A DNA stretch of 64,000 nt from an uncultured Planctomycetaceae bacterium (GTDB taxonomy: Bacteria > Planctomycetota > Planctomycetia > Isosphaerales > Isosphaeraceae): the NCBI GenBank assembly GCA_963833985.1, contig CAWIAD010000002.1, positions 96,001 to 160,000 of the forward strand, given 5' to 3'. The translations under genes were made by a program, and so were the position numbers. Below the pieces are notes generated by a model. The model was not told the origin of the DNA and searched no databases. It was given only the letters and a program-made list of their open reading frames with translations. This document shows, piece by piece, positions 61,826-64,000 of this stretch; position 1 is the first letter of the stretch, and every line of letters begins with the position of its first letter.

Positions 61826-64000
61826 ATGTTCGATCCCTGGATCGATGAGGCGACCGAGGACCAGGCGCAGACGCCGGGCGGTCCGCAGTTTGTCCGCGAA
61901 CCGGAGCAAAAGACGCCGCCGGAGCCGGCAGCTCCCGCACGGATCGGGCGCGTACAGGATCGAACGGAAGCTCGGCGAGGGAGGTTTCGGTCTCGTTTAC
62001 CTGTCGTTTGACGAGCAGCTCGAGCGGCTCGTGGCCGTCAAGGTGCCCCACTCGGGTCTGGTTTCGCAGCCAGAGGACGCCGAACCGTACCTGCACGAGG
62101 CCCGTGCGGTCGCCAGCCTGGACCATCCCAACATCGTGCCAGTCTACGACGTGGGTGGCAGCGAGGGGTTCCCGTGCTACGTGGTCTCCAAGTTCATCGA
62201 CGGCCAGACGCTCTCGAGCAGGATCCGGGGCGAACCCTTCAACTGCCGGCAGGCGGCTGCGCTGGTGGCCACGGTGGCCGAGGCGCTGCATCACGCCCAC
62301 AACCTGGGGATCGTCCACCGCGACGTCAAGCCAGGGAACATCCTGATCGATCAGGCCGGCAAACCCTACGTGGTCGACTTCGGGCTTGCCCTGCGCGAGG
62401 CGGACATCGGCAAGGGCCCGCGCTATGCCGGAACTCCCACCTTCATGAGCCCGGAGCAAGCCTGGGGCGAAGGGCATCGGGTCGACGGGCGATCCGACGT
62501 GTTCAGTCTGGGGATCGTCTTCTACCTGCTCCTCTCGGGGCGGGTCCCGTTCTCCGGCTGCACTCGAGAGGAGCTGCTGGAGCAGATCACCTGTCACGAG
62601 CCGAAACCTCCCCGCCAGATTGACGACCAGGTCCCCCGGGAGCTTGACCGGATCTGCCTGAAGGCGCTCGCCAAGCGGGCATGGGAACGGTACTCGACGG
62701 CCGCCGACATGGCCGAGGATCTCCGGTTCTTCCTGGGTGGCTCGCGCGACAGTGGATCACGGCCCGAAGACAGCCCGCGCGGGGTCGAACCCGCGACCGT
62801 TCAGCCGGCTGCCTCTTCGCGCTCGTCGACCACTTCCAACCCCACGCTTTCCCTGGGCACCAAGGTCCAGATCGTGCCCCGGGGACTACGGTCGTTCGAC
62901 GAGCAGGATGCCGATTTCTTCCTCGAGCTCCTGCCCGGCGCACGCGACCGCCACGGCATGCCCGAGATCCTGCGGTTCTGGAAGCACTGGGTGGAACAGA
63001 CCGACGCCGACCGTTCCTCCCCGGTTGGGCTCATCTACGGCCCGTCGGGCTGCGGCAAGTCGTCGCTGGTGAAGGCCGGATTGCTGCCGCGGCTGCCGGC
63101 GAACGTCCTTGCGGTTTATGTCGAAGCCACTCCTCAGGACACGGAGACGCGGCTCCTGGTCGGACTGCGACAGCGCTGTCCCGGCCTGCCGGAAGACTCT
63201 GGCCTGCGCGAGATCGTGGCGGCCCTCCGCCAGGGGAACTCCTTGCCGGAAGGCCGAAAGGTTCTTGTCGTTCTCGACCAGTTCGAGCAGTGGCTGCACG
63301 CGCGCCGGGAGGACGAGAACACGCTCTTGGTCCAGGCCCTGCGCCAGTGCGACGGCACGCACGTTCAGTGCCTGGTGATGGTTCGCGACGATTTCTGGAT
63401 GGCATCCACGCGCTTCATGAAGGCGCTGGAGATCCGCCTTGTTGACGGCCAGAACTCCGCCGCCGTCGACCTCTTCGATCCGGCCCACGCCCGCAAGGTG
63501 CTCGCCTCGTTCGGCCGGGCCTTTGGCAACCTGCCCAGATCCGACGACCAGGGAGTCCACGGCAGGGAGTCCACATACAGGGACCAAGAGAGCTTCCTCA
63601 AGGAGGCCGTGGCGGGATTGACCCAGGACGGCAAGGTGGTCTGCGTCCGGCTGGCCCTCTTCGCCGAGATGATGAAAGGCAAGTCCTGGAACCGCGGTAC
63701 GCTCGCCGAGGTCGGCGGCACGCGGGGGGTGGGGCTGACCTTCCTCGAAGAGAACTTCAGCGCATCGACCGCGCCGCCGGCTCATCGGTTGCACCAGCAG
63801 GCGGCGCGCGGCGTGCTGAAGGCGCTGCTGCCAGAATTGGGCACCGACATCAAGGGACACATGCGTTCCTGCGCCGAGCTGCTGGAAGCGTCCGGCTACC
63901 AGGGACGCCGCGCAGAGTTCGACGAGCTGATGCATATCCTGGACGCCGAGCTGCGGCTGATCACACCGACAGACCCGGACGGCCTCGCGAGCACCGGCGA
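61826..64000 (+). CDS. Ser/Thr kinase fused to a STAND-like P-loop NTPase; frameshift near 61953; runs off the window
   Basis: LGEGGFG, VAVK, HRDVKP.N, DFGLA, GTP.FMSPEQ; GLRSFD..DADFF, GPSGCGKSSLVKAGL, LVVLDQFEQW. Confidence 0.88.

Overview
GC-rich bacterial chromosome, inferred to be Planctomycetota and probably Isosphaeraceae-like (DUF1559 prepilin-type gene, ECF sigma/Ser-Thr kinase pair, three Uma2 paralogs, planctomycete-type RpoB). The core is the minus-strand cluster: atypical sigma-70, tRNA-Thr(TGT), Tyr, Gly, Thr(GGT), tuf, rpmG, tRNA-Trp, secE, nusG, rplK, rplA, rplJ, rplL, rpoB, rpoC. It is interrupted twice. A putative antitoxin plus PemK/MazF toxin sits between rplK and rplA. 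A ~1.9 kb insert (small membrane gene, Uma2 nuclease, putative promoter) separates rpoB from rpoC. The flanks hold accessory genes (aldo/keto reductase, beta-CASP nuclease, UDG, egtB, kinases, peptidases, RoxA-like cytochrome c, enolase-superfamily enzyme, trpBA), three further and mostly decayed toxin-antitoxin modules, and several REP-like repeats. A Cys/Tyr/Gly-rich putative lipoprotein lies divergent from an SdpAB-like pair with an HTTM-DCC1 fusion. Many genes right of ~27 kb carry 1-2 bp frameshifts that look like long-read assembly errors. All family calls come from motif recognition by eye; no database searches were run.
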